Positions 41,981 through 56,885 are shown, counted from the stretch's first letter. The stretch: 64,000 bases of DNA from Octopus sinensis (GCF_006345805.1 NC_043013.1:11470001-11534000); one strand, 5' to 3'. Translations and numbers: made by a program. Notes: a model not told the origin generated them from the sequence alone.

Positions 41981-42212
41981 AGGCGGCGAGCTGGCAGAAA
42001 CGTTAGCACGCCGGGCGAAATGCTTTGCGGTATTTCGTCTGCCGTTACGTTCTGAGTTCAAATTCCGCCGAGGTTGACTTTGCCGTTCATCCTTTCGGGG
42101 TCGATTAAATAAGTACCAGTTACGCACTGGGGTCGATGTAATCGACTTAATCCGTGTGTCTGTCCTTGTTTGTTCCCTCTGTGTTTAGCCCCTTGTGGGT
42201 AGTAGAGAAATA
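41981..42212 (+). mobile_element. Young SINE family A copy nested in an antisense older copy, with 14-bp TSD
   Basis: GGTATTTAATTTAT at 41965-41978 and again at 42213-42226. Confidence 0.85.
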
Positions 42213-42902
42213 GGTATTTAATTTATTCACCCTGAAAGGATAAAAGGTAAAGTCGACCACGGTGGCACCGCCTTTAGTAATGGCTTCAAATTTTGGCAAA
42301 AAACCAGCAGTTTAATAGGAGTGGTACAAATTAATTCCATCAAACTTAGTATGCGACTAACGTTTTATTTTCGCTCAACGAATGCAGGAAAGGCAAAGTC
42401 GACTACAGGGCTTTTTGAACTCTGAAGATAAACAGTAAAAACTTAATATATAAATAATGCTGCTAAGCTTCCTCCGCAGCGCTAATTTCCCTGCCAGTTT
42501 ACTACCTAGACACAGTATGTTGACCTCGGTTAGCAATATGTTACGTCAGATTGCTGTAGAATTATATACGTTGATGCAGCTGATATTACTGTTGACAACA
42601 ACTAGGTTAATCTCAAGAGTGCAACGTATGATCAACGCCATTCCACCCATGATTCTCCAGTTACATCGGAGTACGAAAGGCTACATTATCTATATTTTCT
42701 GCTGTGTAAGAACAGCTGTAATAATTGTCATTGTTGTTGTTGTCGTTAATTTGGGCGTTGTTGGTTATGTTGATTCTGTTGCTGTGCTTGTTTAAGACGT
42801 CATCATCCAAATTGTACTTCCTTTTAGGTAAGACAGGAGTGTTTAATTCGAGGAAACTTAAGCTGTTATTTCTAGCCGAGGCCTACATCTAATAAACATA
42901 CC

Positions 42903-43363
42903 GGACCTTTACCCGTTGAACGGCAGATCGAGAAATTAATTTTTTGTAACTAAACACCTTCAAATTTCGGACACTGGTAGAATGTATCATATAAAATATC
43001 GTTTACTCTAACCCTAACTCTAAAACCCTAACCCTAACCCCCAAAAACCCTAAAGCTAAAACCAGTACAAACGCACGAAAGATGTCATAAATAACAGTGA
43101 CAAACGAAATATACACCGCCGATAGTTGTTGTTGACAAACAACGGCAGTAATTTTATTCAGCTGAATACACGTCACTGATTGGTTGATATTACCGAAATA
43201 CGACTACTTTAACACAAAATAACTTTGAAAATATAAACTTTTCTCAACAACACCAAGAGTAAAAGATGTTTTATATGACACATTCTACCAGTGTCCGAAG
43301 TTTTGAATGTGTTTAGTTGCAAAAAATTAATTTCTCGATCTGCCGTTCAAAGGGGAAAGATCC
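42903..43363. mobile_element. MITE with ~100-bp TIRs, 8-bp TSD and internal telomere-like repeats (Merlin-like?)
   Basis: TIRs GGACCTTTACCCGTTGAACGGCAG... / ...CTGCCGTTCAAAGGGGAAAGATCC. TSD AACATACC at 42895-42902 and 43364-43371. CCCTAA-like units at 43008-43060. Confidence 0.9.
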
Positions 43364-44192
43364 AACATACCCACCTTATTGTTATTGCAGTTGTTGCTTT
43401 TGTTTTTGCATTAAGTTGGTTCTGACCGAACAGAGTTAGGGTCTGATTTGAAGGGAACGTTACTGCTGTTTCTAGTAAGTAGAGGTTCCCTGGTGGTTTC
43501 TGCCAATAAATCGTTATTTTTTTTTCTCATATGTAATCGTATTATGCAGCTGTGTTTTGAGAAGACTGCAATTAAATCTAATAAACTTCGCTATACGATA
43601 AGTAATAAAATTAAAAGTCGAAGACCATTCTTTAAAATAATTAATTGTTACCTCGATTCAAATCCAATAGAATAAGTACTAGGCTTATACGATTACTCCT
43701 GGCGTCGATGTGTTCGACTGAAATCAGGTCAAGGCGGTGCTCCATCATGACCGCCGTCAATTGACTCAAACAAGTAAGTACAATAAAAGTATAAAAGAAA
43801 ATATGTATACGTTTGCGTATGTTTTTGTGTGTGTGCATACATTAGTTTTCACGAGACATACCAAATGTTATGTAGAAAACTACCGAAGCTGGACATCTGG
43901 AGAAAGTGATCAATTGATAGTGGGTTCGAATTTCTTAAGGACACACGTGATAAAAAGACATTGGCAATACAAGAATGCTTTCGGAGGTGGATTTAGGCTG
44001 TAATTACTGTTCGTTGTAATGGCTGTGTTGAAAAATTAATCGTTCTCTTTAATAATTAGTTTTTACGAATCTGTTTCGGATAATTCTTCTAATGGATGCG
44101 TGTTTAGATGTGTGTGCATGCTTGTATGGGTGTAATATGCAATCATATGTATAAAAGCTTGTATATATGTATATGAGCATACATACTCGTGC

Positions 44193-44325
<133 letters not shown>

Positions 44326-44649
44326 TGTATGTATGTATGTATGTATATAATTTATAATCAAGGGTACCAGATATTATCAGCATTGCTAGATATAAGATTA
44401 AAAAATGCTCAAATATATATATATATATAAGTTCTCGGAATACCGACACACGTGCGACGGTTATAAGTTCGTTTGCAACATATATACATACGCAGTCACA
44501 CGCACACATACACACACATATGTATATATGTATATATGTGTGTGTTTGCGTATATATTAATATCTAGCTATCTTTCAATCTATCTATATTTACATGTGTG
44601 TGTTTGTGTGTGTGTTTGTTTATATATAACTCATTCAGATGCGCTCTTG

Positions 44650-44711
<62 letters not shown>

Positions 44712-44722
44712 ATGTTGAGGAA

Positions 44723-44754
<32 letters not shown>

Positions 44755-45189
44755 ATGTTGAGGAAACTTGTCACCAAACCTTAAGACAACATCGCAACAA
44801 AATAATATTGCAGAAAATTTTTGTATCATAATGATTGTTAATGGGCTTGTGAACACTGTAACGTATCCGAATGCTATGCCTTTCCTTTAATTCATTCAAC
44901 AGTCGATCCTATTATGAAATTTTTATTTTTCCTTTAGTATTCCTTACATGTATTTGAACATTATTCAATGTAATATTAAATTTAAAACAGGTAAAAATCT
45001 GTACATGCAAGGGAAGGCTTTACTCTTCGTAGGTATGTGACATTACGAATAAAGAAACGAGACGGTGATTAAATTACGTCTCGAATCAGAGAAGTAAAAA
45101 AATCGACTTCAATATCCCAAAAAAAACAACAAAAACCAATAAAAGAACAATCTATCAAAGCAAACTCTCCTCCCCCCCCACTCGTCACC

Positions 45190-45221
<32 letters not shown>

Positions 45222-46182
45222 ATGTATGTATATATATAATATATATATGTATGTATATTACACATATATATATATATATACATATATATATGTGCATATA
45301 TATATATATATATTATATATAATTATATATATATACATATATATAAATATATCTATATATATATATATGTATAAATATATAATACATACATATACGTATG
45401 TATATACATACATACGTACACATAACTATATAATATATTAATATATGCGTACATGTTTCAGTTAGTCGACTGTGCACCTGTATGTATGTATGCTTGTATG
45501 TCTGTATATATATTTATGTGTGTGTGTGTGTATTTATGTATGAATAAATAGAAGCATACATGTATACACATATATAGCCACATATGTATGTAAATATGTC
45601 TATAAATAAGACTTATGTTGATATAATTTCATCATTTCAGTAATTTTCATGTTGGATCCTAAGTGTTATCTGGTTACTACTTAACAGACAACAAACAATA
45701 AATAGTATTTGTTTAAACAACCATTCTTTTGAAAAGCTAAGATGGCGTTGTCAGCGATTTACTTCATTAGCGCCATTTTGTTTCCCGTTCAGTGTTTTTA
45801 CATTGTATCTTGTAATTTGGCAGACGATTTCTTTTTCAAATCTTGTATTTAGTATTTTTCAGAATTTCTTTCGCTAATTTTCTTCTTATTATTATTACGA
45901 TTATTATTGTTCTTCTTTGTTCAGTTTTTATTTCCTTTTCATTCTTTGTTTCACAATAACAAACTGTCTGTAGATGTTCTCTATCAGATGAGACAAAATA
46001 GCACGAAGTAAACTAAGCAGATGGAATAAAGAGCGTATAGTCTTGAGTGTGTGCGTACGAGTGTGTATTTCTTATGTTTGTGTGCGTACTATATTCGTTT
46101 GTGTGTTTCCATGTGTGTAAATGTGTGTATTAGTATTTGTTGCTTTGCATATATATATATAATATGTAATATACGTATTTAT

Positions 46183-46237
<55 letters not shown>

Positions 46238-46703
46238 ATTTATATACCTGTACGCTTAGAAGCTTAGAATTATGAATGTGTATGTATTTACACATACCAC
46301 TTGCATTTGCAGACGTCTTTGTTTATTCATGTGTATATGTTTATATGTAAATGTGCAAGCACACACACACACAAATACACACAAGTATACACAGACACGC
46401 GCGCACATGCACACACTTGTATGTAACAAATGTGAGTGTGTGTGTGCATGCGCGTGCGTTTGTACGTATTTATGTATATGTGTTCATGTGTCGATGAAGT
46501 GTTTAAGAAAGGAAATAATTTTGAGAGAAGTATTTCAGACGACAAATATATGCAAGATTTATTTAATATATATTCATTTATTTATTCATATATGTATATA
46601 TTTATGTATTTACTTGTTTATATATATATCATATATTTGTTATCCAACATACTGTGTTATATTTCAATTAAAGCACAGCTATATAACAGCAACAACAACA
46701 CAC

Positions 46704-46761
<58 letters not shown>

Positions 46762-46893
46762 TAAAAACAAACGCGCACATATATGAGTCATTTCTACATT
46801 AATATTTATATACGCACTGACTCAATACACACTTAAACACACACAAGCAGAAACACGTGTTTACTCTGCTACTCCAGAGAGCACGTATTTACG

Positions 46894-46944
<51 letters not shown>

Positions 46945-46999
46945 GTGTGAGTGTGTGTGTGCATGTATATATATATGTATGTATATGTATATGAATATG

Positions 47000-47036
<37 letters not shown>

Positions 47037-47118
47037 CATGTATATATATTATTATATATATATTATTTACGTATGTATGTAAATGTGTGCGTGCGTGTAT
47101 GTCTTTGTTTATCCGGTA

Positions 47119-47180
<62 letters not shown>

Positions 47181-47895
47181 GATATAAGCATACATATATA
47201 TACATATATGTATACATATGTGTATGTATATTGTTTGTAATATATATATATATATATATATATATGTAAAATATGTTTATATAAATGCATATATGTGTAC
47301 ATTTATATATATATATCTATCTGTGTATGTGTGTGTGTGTGTGTGTGTGTGTACTTACGTATATACATATACGAAATATTTTTTCAGTTGTTTTAATATG
47401 AAAATAAATTGAATCGTTTGCTTAGACATTTAAAATGAAGTTTCAGAAAATGAAAGCAAGATTTCTTAAACAACAATCAAACAATGCAGGAAAAACAAAA
47501 ACAAAAAAAGTAAAATAGAAACAAACGACAATAACACCAGTGATATCGCCAATATGTTGATGATGATAACGATGATGACGGTGATGATGATGATGATGAT
47601 GATTGTGATCATATTACTGAGAAAATAATAAAGAGAAAAAAATATTATCAGAAAAATATATGAAAACGCAGGGAAGTTATCCAAACCGTGTTATTCATTA
47701 ATTTCACATTGGAGGTATTGTTTAAGAATTATACACGGATTAATATTGCTTACAGGCTAGTCTGTGTGATTTTAAATTATATTATATTGGAAAGGATATA
47801 CGCATATTTATATATGCCTGCATGTATATGCGGTTATATATCAATAATATTCATTATGATGTTTATACACAACAATATAATGTATGTATATATGT

Positions 47896-47926
<31 letters not shown>

Positions 47927-48162
47927 TTGTGTGTGTATATATATATATTATATATATATATATATTATATATAGTACACCACATAGATGAAAGATAAATA
48001 GATCGATCGAAAGATACAGACACAAATAGATATGTATAAATAATAAATAATATATATATATATATGCACATATATATGCACATATATATGCACATATATA
48101 TATGCACATATATATAAGAAAGCATATATAGTTATATTATATATATATATATATGTGTGTGT

Positions 48163-48201
<39 letters not shown>

Positions 48202-48319
48202 AATATCTGTAAATATGTACATTGGATCAGTATATGCGTATTTGAGAACATCTAAATATGTAGATATGTATGCGTGCTTTATATATATATATATGTGTGT
48301 GTGTGTGTGCATGTGTGAG

Positions 48320-48354
<35 letters not shown>

Positions 48355-48545
48355 TTGCATGTATGTATGTATGTATGTATGTATAAATGTTTCGTTTCTT
48401 GTATGTATATCTAAATATAAATTCATGGTCGTCAATTTAGGTACATTCTCACACGTATATTTTGCACTATCATTTCTATTATTTTTGTCACTTTTATATG
48501 GATTTCTCTGGCTTCTCCTTCACACACACTCTTTATATGCTTATG

Positions 48546-48606
<61 letters not shown>

Positions 48607-48831
48607 TGCACCCGAAGTAGTCATTACGTCTCTTTACTTATACCACCACTTGTATAAGACGATTCTATGGACACACATATCTCACATACACACACATGCT
48701 TGCATGCGCATATAACCGTATGCAAGTGTAGCATGTATATAAGTATATATATATATATTTATACATGAATATATACATATATATATACATATATATATAT
48801 ACATATATTATATATAACATATATATTATTC

Positions 48832-48879
<48 letters not shown>

Positions 48880-48992
48880 GTGTATGTATATATGTACATA
48901 CATAATACATGCAAATACATATTTATATACGTAACTTGTCTCTATGTGCATTTACGTGTTGTTATATCTCTCTCTCTATCTATCTATCTCTC

Positions 48993-49025
<33 letters not shown>

Positions 49026-49894
49026 ATATATATATATATATATAATATATAATATATATATATTCTATTTTTCCACTGACTGTGTGCCGTTTCTCTTCTT
49101 ACAGTTAGACTTAATAAACTAACTATATTTTACATACACGTACTGCTTATCTGTAATGTATAAACATAACTACCAATTTATATAGGGATTCCTCATGTGC
49201 CTATGTATATACATATAGATTTATAAAAAAAAATATTTAAATATGTCTATTTCCACGAGGGACTTTTATCCCTCAGACCCTATTAATCATTTCATAATTT
49301 ATCTGCATAATTTCACACACATGTAAATGTTTTCTGTAATTTCTACATCTTTGATGCTCCGACGAAGCTTTGCAGTGAATCATATGCACACAACTCTGAG
49401 TTCACGGTATCCAATAGCAGAAACAACTGTAAGCTGTTATATATAAATATATATATATTGTAAAAGTAAAAAAATATAGAAACTGGGACAAGAACGTGAA
49501 ACATTTAGAAGACGACACAAAAAACACGGACGGGACTTTTGAAGCCTTTAGTCATCAGTCAAGAACCGGATCATCTTCGCAATTTCGGCTGATTAGTGTG
49601 TGTGTTTGTGTGAGTATGTGTGTATATGTCCGCGCGCGCGTTGTTTGGGCTACGTGGCCACAACGACCTCGAAATCACATGACTAAACAAGAGGGACAGA
49701 GACTGGCAGAAACAAAGGAAATGCCCCTTGTATTTGAATACTCTCCATATATTCTTTAAAAAATATTTCCTGTTTCCAAAATTTAATTGTTTGCCATACT
49801 TACTGTTGAAAAAGTCTCAATGACTGAAACAGGTACTGAAATGTATTTTATAAAATTATTTTAGCATTTTCTACCTCGAGATTTTATATACATA

Positions 49895-50010
49895 TTCCCA
49901 AACCTACTCCTTCCTTCCTTCAAACGAACCCACAACCTACGTGACCTCCTGGTCCACAGTTTTTTTCCCTAACACCAACTCTCAACCTGGCTCGTTCCCA
50001 TGCTCACATA
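49895..50010 (+). mobile_element. Penelope-like element linker fragment
   Basis: SFKRTHNLRDLLVHS, then after a frameshift PNTNSQPGSFPC; matches the PLE RT-to-GIY-YIG linker (NLRDLLV...PGTFPC). Confidence 0.6.
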
Positions 50011-51147
50011 TACGCACACTCGCACATATTACTTCGAAGCGCGTGCGCATTGACATGCTAAAATATGAATATCCATGTATGTGTTCATTTGTATGAGATT
50101 TTGTACTATTTACCTGATACTGTCACAAAGGTTTACAGAAGCCGTATTAATCATTGAAAATATTTTAGATCTGGTAACAGAATGTCACCGACTGTTGGGG
50201 AGGAATTTTCCATGTGTTGTGTATTTCGCCCAATCATTACCTCCCAATTCTACGATTAATAATTCAAGATATCCCAGATCGGCACCAGCAGCCGAAGATA
50301 ACCACCAAATCTATAGAGACTCCTAACAAATGTGAGATCAACATCGGAGAAAGAAATAATGCGCGTAACAAACTGTGGAGACACACGTTGAAGGACATGT
50401 GAAATAACTGAAAAAGGAACAACTAAAAAGATTCAAGAATCGGAAGGAATTGAAAGTGAAAGTAACGATCAATTACAAAAACAAAATATCTGCTGCAACA
50501 CATGCCTCCATGCAACGAGGATATCACCGGAGATATAGGGATAAAACTAATCAGTCGTGCGAATGTGCACAAAGAACAAATCATAGAGCATCCATCTGAA
50601 ATATTATGCATAATAAACATGTGGATAAATGTGCAAAATGGTAAATGGTAAATACAAATGTAGATTGGACTAAACAGAACAGGAGGATACACGTGTGATG
50701 GACGAGTTGTCGAAGAGGTCACAGACGTGTGACGAAAGATTTCCAGACGATGGATATAAGATAAAATAAAAACTATAACGAACGAGTCAAGAACGAATAT
50801 ATAGGGTGTGTGTGTGTATTTGGCAAGAAAAGAACAATGACCGTCCCGAAATATGGCAATAAAATATAAGATAAAATTATCAACAACGAAAAGCAAAAGA
50901 AGAACTGTTTATAAAAATTCTACTGACGAAATTAGACCGGAAATAGTGCCTACGTTACTAAAAACAACTTCCCCTCCACACATTAGCCTAGAACACGTGC
51001 GTTCGAAAAGCGTATACTGCGAAAGTGTATACACACACAATGCACTCTATACAACAACCTGTTCCACAAAGTTTGGTGACATTCCGTTATCTAAATAAAA
51101 TTTTAAAATAGTAAATTTTATAAAAAAACCTTTCTTTAAATATGTGT

Positions 51148-51188
<41 letters not shown>

Positions 51189-51683
51189 GTGTGCGCGCGT
51201 GTGTGTGTGTGTGTGTACGCATATGGACAGAGGTTGCGAATCACTTATTTACTGTTCCACAGTACCTCTATAATGGATGCTTGTTCTAAATGAAATCTCC
51301 AGTTAAGCAGGCTTTAAAACTTATATCTGCTTTAAGTATGATATTGTGAACGAATCTAACAGAGAAAAAATAAGCAATACTTTGATCTAAAAAGGACTTA
51401 GGTAATAAAGATTTAAGAACGAAGGTGTATTCTACTTCACTTTTCCTTAAAAAGAGAGAAGGTAGTTTTGAATATTTTTGCTAACTTTTCTTTTGCTTTT
51501 CTTCTGATAGCAACAATAGAGGTTGAGTGTGGACTGAACGTTTTGTAACACTAAAATTCATCTTCGCTCTACAGAAGTTCTTTCGGGTTTCATATTGAGG
51601 TTCAAGTAACGAATATACTAGATTCGTCTCCAATTACCATGCCAGAACTATAATTAGAACTCTGTATCATACTCCTCTGGTAT

Positions 51684-53355
51684 ACTCTTTTACTCTTTTA
51701 CTCTTTTACTTGTTTCAGTCATTTGACTGCGGCCATGCTGGAGCACCACCTTTTAGTACTTATTCTATCGGTCTCTTTTTGCCGAACCGCTAAGTGACGG
51801 GGACGTAAACACACCACCATCGGTTGTCAAGCAATGCTAGGGGGACAAACACAGGCACACAAACACACACACATATACATATATATACATATATACGACA
51901 GGCTTCTTTCAGTTTCCGTCTACCAAATCCACTCACAAGGCATTGGTCGGCCCGGGGCTATAGCAGAAGACACTTGCCCAAGATGCCACGCAGTGGGACT
52001 GAACCCGCAACAGTGTGGTTGGTTAGCAAGCTACTTACCACACAACCACTCCTGCGCCTATAGAAAAGTTTTTCGAATTTATTTTTTACGTTTACTCTTT
52101 TACTCTTTTGTTTCAATCACTGACTGCGGCCATGCTGGGGCACCGCCTTTTGTCGGGCAAATCGACCCCAGGACTTATCCTTTGTAAGCCTAGTACTTAA
52201 TCAATCGGTTTGTTTTGCCGAACCACTAAGTTACGGGGACGTAAACACACCAGCATCGGTTGTCAAGCAATGCTAGGGGGCAAACACAGACACACACACA
52301 CACACACATATACATATATATACATATATACGACAGGCTTCTTCAGTTTCCGTCTACCGAATCCACTCACAAGGCATTGGTCGGCCCGGGGCTATAGCAG
52401 AAGACACTGCCCAAGATGCCACGCAGTGGGACTGAACCCGCAACAGTGTGGTTGGTTAGCAAGCTACTTACCACACAACCACTCCTGCGCCTATAGAAAA
52501 GTTTTTCGAATTTATTTTTTACGTTTACTCTTTTACTCTTTTGTTTCAATCACTGACTGCGGCCATGCTGGGGCACCGCCTTTTGTCGGGCAAATCGACC
52601 CCAGGACTTATCCTTTGTAAGCCTAGTACTTAATCAATCGGTTTGTTTTGCCGAACCACTAAGTTACGGGGACGTAAACACACCAGCATCGGTTGTCAAG
52701 CAATGCTAGGGGGCAAACACAGACACACACACACACACACATATACATATATATACATATATACGACAGGCTTCTTCAGTTTCCGTCTACCGAATCCACT
52801 CACAAGGCATTGGTCGGCCCGGGGCTATAGCAGAAGACACTGCCCAAGATGCCACGCAGTGGGACTGAACCCGCAACAGTGTGGTTGGTTAGCAAGCTAC
52901 TTACCACACAACCACTCCTGCGCCTATAGAAAAGTTTTTCGAATTTATTTTTTACGTTTACTCTTTTACTCTTTTGTTTCAATCACTGACTGCGGCCATG
53001 CTGGGGCACCGCCTTTTGTCGGGCAAATCGACCCCAGGACTTATCCTTTGTAAGCCTAGTACTTAATCAATCGGTTTGTTTTGCCGAACCACTAAGTTAC
53101 GGGGACGTAAACACACCAGCATCAGTTGTCAAGCGATGTTGGGGGGAGACACAAACACAGACACACACACACACATATACATACATATACATATATACGA
53201 CGGGCTTCTTTCAGTTTCCGTCTACCAAATCCACTCACAAGGCTTTGGTCGGCCCGAGTCTATAGCAGAGGACACTTTCCCAAGATGCTACGCAGTGGGA
53301 CTGAACCCAGAACCATGTGCTTGGTAAGCAAGCTACTTACCATACAGGCACTCCT
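51684..53355 (-). repeat. Tandem array of four SINE family B copies, 433-bp period
   Basis: Spacer TAGAAAAGTTTTTCG starts at 52061, 52494 and 52927. ORFs 52210-52620 and 52643-53053 translate identically. Confidence 0.92.
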
Positions 53356-55731
53356 CCGCCTAGCTACTTACCACAGAGCCATTCACGCGCCTTTGTTAAA
53401 TTTGTTGTTAAATTTTTATCGTTGTTACTCTGCTGGTATCTATCACCAAATGAACAAAAGTCGAGGAAACACTTAGACCGAAAAGTTACAACACTGACCA
53501 TCATAACTGTTTCATAAATCGTGTATCTACAACTGTATTATCGAACACGTTCCCCGTCCGATTAGCTTAAAAAAAAAAAAAAAACGCTGGCGTGTGATTT
53601 TGGAGAGAGTTGGCTACTGTTACTAGTATTTCGTACAATAACAGATATTCCTCATTGGATTGCCAATTGTTATGTTGTTTACATTGGAGAAATTCACCTT
53701 TGTATAGTCTTGAATATAAGCTAAAGATCAACCCGGCCATTGAATACTCAGAAGAACATAATGACGGCAAAATGATAGAAAATATGTTATCTCGGGTCAT
53801 TGTTTGATGCCATATCGACTCAGTCATTTGCCCTGCATAGCAAGAAAATAATGTAGACAGTTAAAATCGATTATTTGACCACCCTACAAACACTGTTCGT
53901 TCTTGTGTATTTGTTAGAAATCAATCCGAACAATTGATATTTTATAAAGTTTCACCAAGATAAACATACATGCTACTAAAAAAAAGATGGGTTTCAGGAC
54001 GTCGAAGGTGGTAGCCATAGAAACTTACAGATAAAATATATACATGTATGATGTACTCGTTAAAAACAAGAAAAAATATATTTAGCGATTTTATACTGTT
54101 GTTCTGTTAATAGACTGGTTTACTTGTCAGAAATCTATACCGAGAATTACATTGAAACATATGATGTCCTGCTGTTGATACTTTTCTCATTGTTGCTGTT
54201 ACTCTTGTTGTATATATGTCTTGCCCAATGTTAGACGTGGTCCCGGAAACGCAATGGGTTCTGTCCTTTATTTTTTTTAAGAAAAAAGGGAGCGAAAGCT
54301 CTCAACAGGATCACTACATCTAGGACCACATTAACTAAACTCTTTTTGAATTTTATTTTCTGAAAGTCTCCGAAAATATTATTTTGAAAAAAAAAAAAAA
54401 AACTTGGCTGATAGGTTTTGATCTAGGTCTAACAGGTTAATCGACTGGTTATTAGCACGCTCTCCTGAAGAGGGTGTTTTTGTAAGTGCAAGCGTTACGT
54501 CTCTCACCTCCTAGTCTGAAAGACATCAAATTAAATGTAATTACAGGTGAACATCGAGCATTTGTTAATAGCGTATTGAGAATCTCTTCTATATCAGAGC
54601 TGTTATGTTTTTGTTCTTTTTTTTTACATACCAATGCAGTATTATCGACAAAAAGACACCCATCCTACCCCCCCCACACACACACACACGCCACACTCCA
54701 AAATTTTAACTTCTTCGTCCCAACGATCATTAACATGTAATTCGAGCTCTTCTCTTGATTTAACGACTCCGAATGACATGATATTGCGTAGATGTCATGG
54801 CCGCCTTTTGTAGATGTCAATAACCTTCGTTATTTTTGAGGATTATAAGAAATTTATCATTACATTTTGAAAGTGTTATCTCAAATATATTTGAACTTCT
54901 ATATACACAGCTAAATGGAGGTATACATACGAAAACAAACATATACGCTTACTAACATACATACACTCAGATGCACATATAAACTTACCTGTCCTGATAT
55001 AACACACACACACGCACGCACGCACGCTCACACGTACACACACGCGCAAACACACACACGTGCACACACATACACACACCTATATATGGGCGTGTGTGCC
55101 TGTGTGTGTGTGTATTTAATGCTGTAAATGTGGTGCACTTTATTTATGTTATAAATGAAACTTAAGCATCCTTGTACTGATAAAGAGATTTAATTTTATT
55201 TAAACACAATATGCTTCGTCGGAAAAGGAAGCGTGGTGTTCGATCATATGATAATATAAATAATATACAAATATAAGCATGTATACATATATATGTGTAC
55301 ATACCTACATATATATGTATATATACATGCATATAAAGGTACAGGATATTAAAAAACAAAAAAACGTTGAACACAATGAGAAACGAAAACATAAACACAA
55401 AAACAAAACATAAAAACGAACTTTTTTTTCGAACAACTAAAAACACAAACAGAGAAACGAGGCATACAACGTAAAGAATATTTCCATTCTTCAGCTGTCC
55501 CTGTTTCACCTCCTCCATGTTTCGAAGGTAAGGACAAGACGCGACTTTGTTGAAACAATCCTTCCTGCAAAGCAAATAAAATTTGGGATTTTTTGCGGAG
55601 GTTGATAGTGGTAACAAGAACAGGACAGTAAGAACAAAACAGTAAAAACAAACGATGAGGACTGTTAAGCCAAGATGATGACTCAGTATTTTCCGTTATT
55701 TTTACCACTCCAATATTAATTTAGATATATA

Positions 55732-55945
55732 GACGGCGAGCTGGCCGAATCGTTAACATGCCGGTTAAAACGTTAAGCGTTATTTCACCTCTCTTTAAGT
55801 TTTGAGTTCAAGTTCCGTCAACAATCGATTTTGGCTTTCATTCTTTAAGGTTCGATGAAATAAATACCAATTGAACACTGGGGTCGATGTAATCGACTTA
55901 TCCCTTCGTCTGAAATTGCTGGCCTTGTGCCAAAATTTGAAACGA
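55732..55945 (+). mobile_element. SINE family A, diverged
   Basis: Head GACGGCGAGCTGGCCGAATCG and family A body. Confidence 0.75.
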
Positions 55946-56699
55946 AGATTAATTTAGATATTGTTATTTTTAAAAAGTCTGTTGTCATTTTAGAAAAAGC
56001 ATTGCTGAATTATTTCAGCTCCGGCCGATGTTTTGACTCGAAAGCCTTGAAAACTGTTCCAAGTGTTTAAAAATGTTGGTAAAATGTTGGGAAAATGTGT
56101 GCTGAGTATGGTGAGTGCTTCGGATTCATAATATATCCCTATTAATTAATTTTTTAATTATATGATAGAGCAATGTTAGACACAGGACTTAGTGCAACTT
56201 AATCAACCAGTTGTTGCCTATTCTAATTTGACAAAGAGCAATTGTAGGATTTGATTTTCTTTTTTCATAAAAAAAATATTAGATTTTGACTAAGGCAAAT
56301 CAACATAGTGCTTCGAAAACCATTTCTGCATGCATCGAGTAATCTGGAAAATGTTGAATAGAATCGTCAGCATCTAAATTTTGCTCAAGTAATTTATTAT
56401 TATCAAACAATATATATATATTTCTCATAAAAATGCGCTGAAAAAGTCCAGTAAAGAATAAAGTGAAAAAATCTATCCTCTCTGTGAAAAGTCTGGCTTG
56501 CATACACGTTAGCATCTTTGTTTTGTGACTTATCTGTAGCGCAGAACTTTTAATTTTTGAAGAAAGATTTCTAACAAAGTTGGTTATCTCTCTATTATCA
56601 AAGTTTACTAAGATAGCAGTTTTAACTCCTTGTCATGTTACTATAAATATAGTGTGGTAAGTAGCTTGCTTACGAACCGAGGCATGAATTGCACGAAGC

Positions 56700-56885
56700 A
56701 GTCTTGCAGTCTTGGGAAGAGCTACCTGAGCGGAAAATTCGTGGATGTATTCAACATCAAACTCGTGTTCGCGCGTCAAATAGTTGACTGTCGTGGTGGT
56801 AACGGATTCGTGTAATAAATTTTGTGTTTATTTTTTTTTCATAATATATATTTTTTCGGATGCAGCCAGACTTTTTATAAGTTTA
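56700..56885 (+). mobile_element. Tc1/mariner transposase C-terminal fragment
   Basis: QSWEELPERKIRGCIQH, then after a frameshift RQIVDCRGG; resembles the W..LP...IR.....R...I...GG terminus. Confidence 0.55.

Noticed and set aside
43008-43060. Telomere or chromosome-fusion site
   Set aside because: Short, degenerate and enclosed within a MITE with an intact TSD.
52210-53053. Two identical 136-aa ORFs
   Set aside because: Chance frames through duplicated antisense SINE copies.
51684-53355. Regular repeats as a CRISPR-like array
   Set aside because: Units are whole SINEs with an identical spacer; the context is eukaryotic and there are no cas genes.
55496-55528. 33-nt micro-exon-like segment (TTCTTCAG|...AAG|GTAAGG)
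   Set aside because: It lies inside a PLE-type interspersed repeat, so the splice-like sites are probably incidental.
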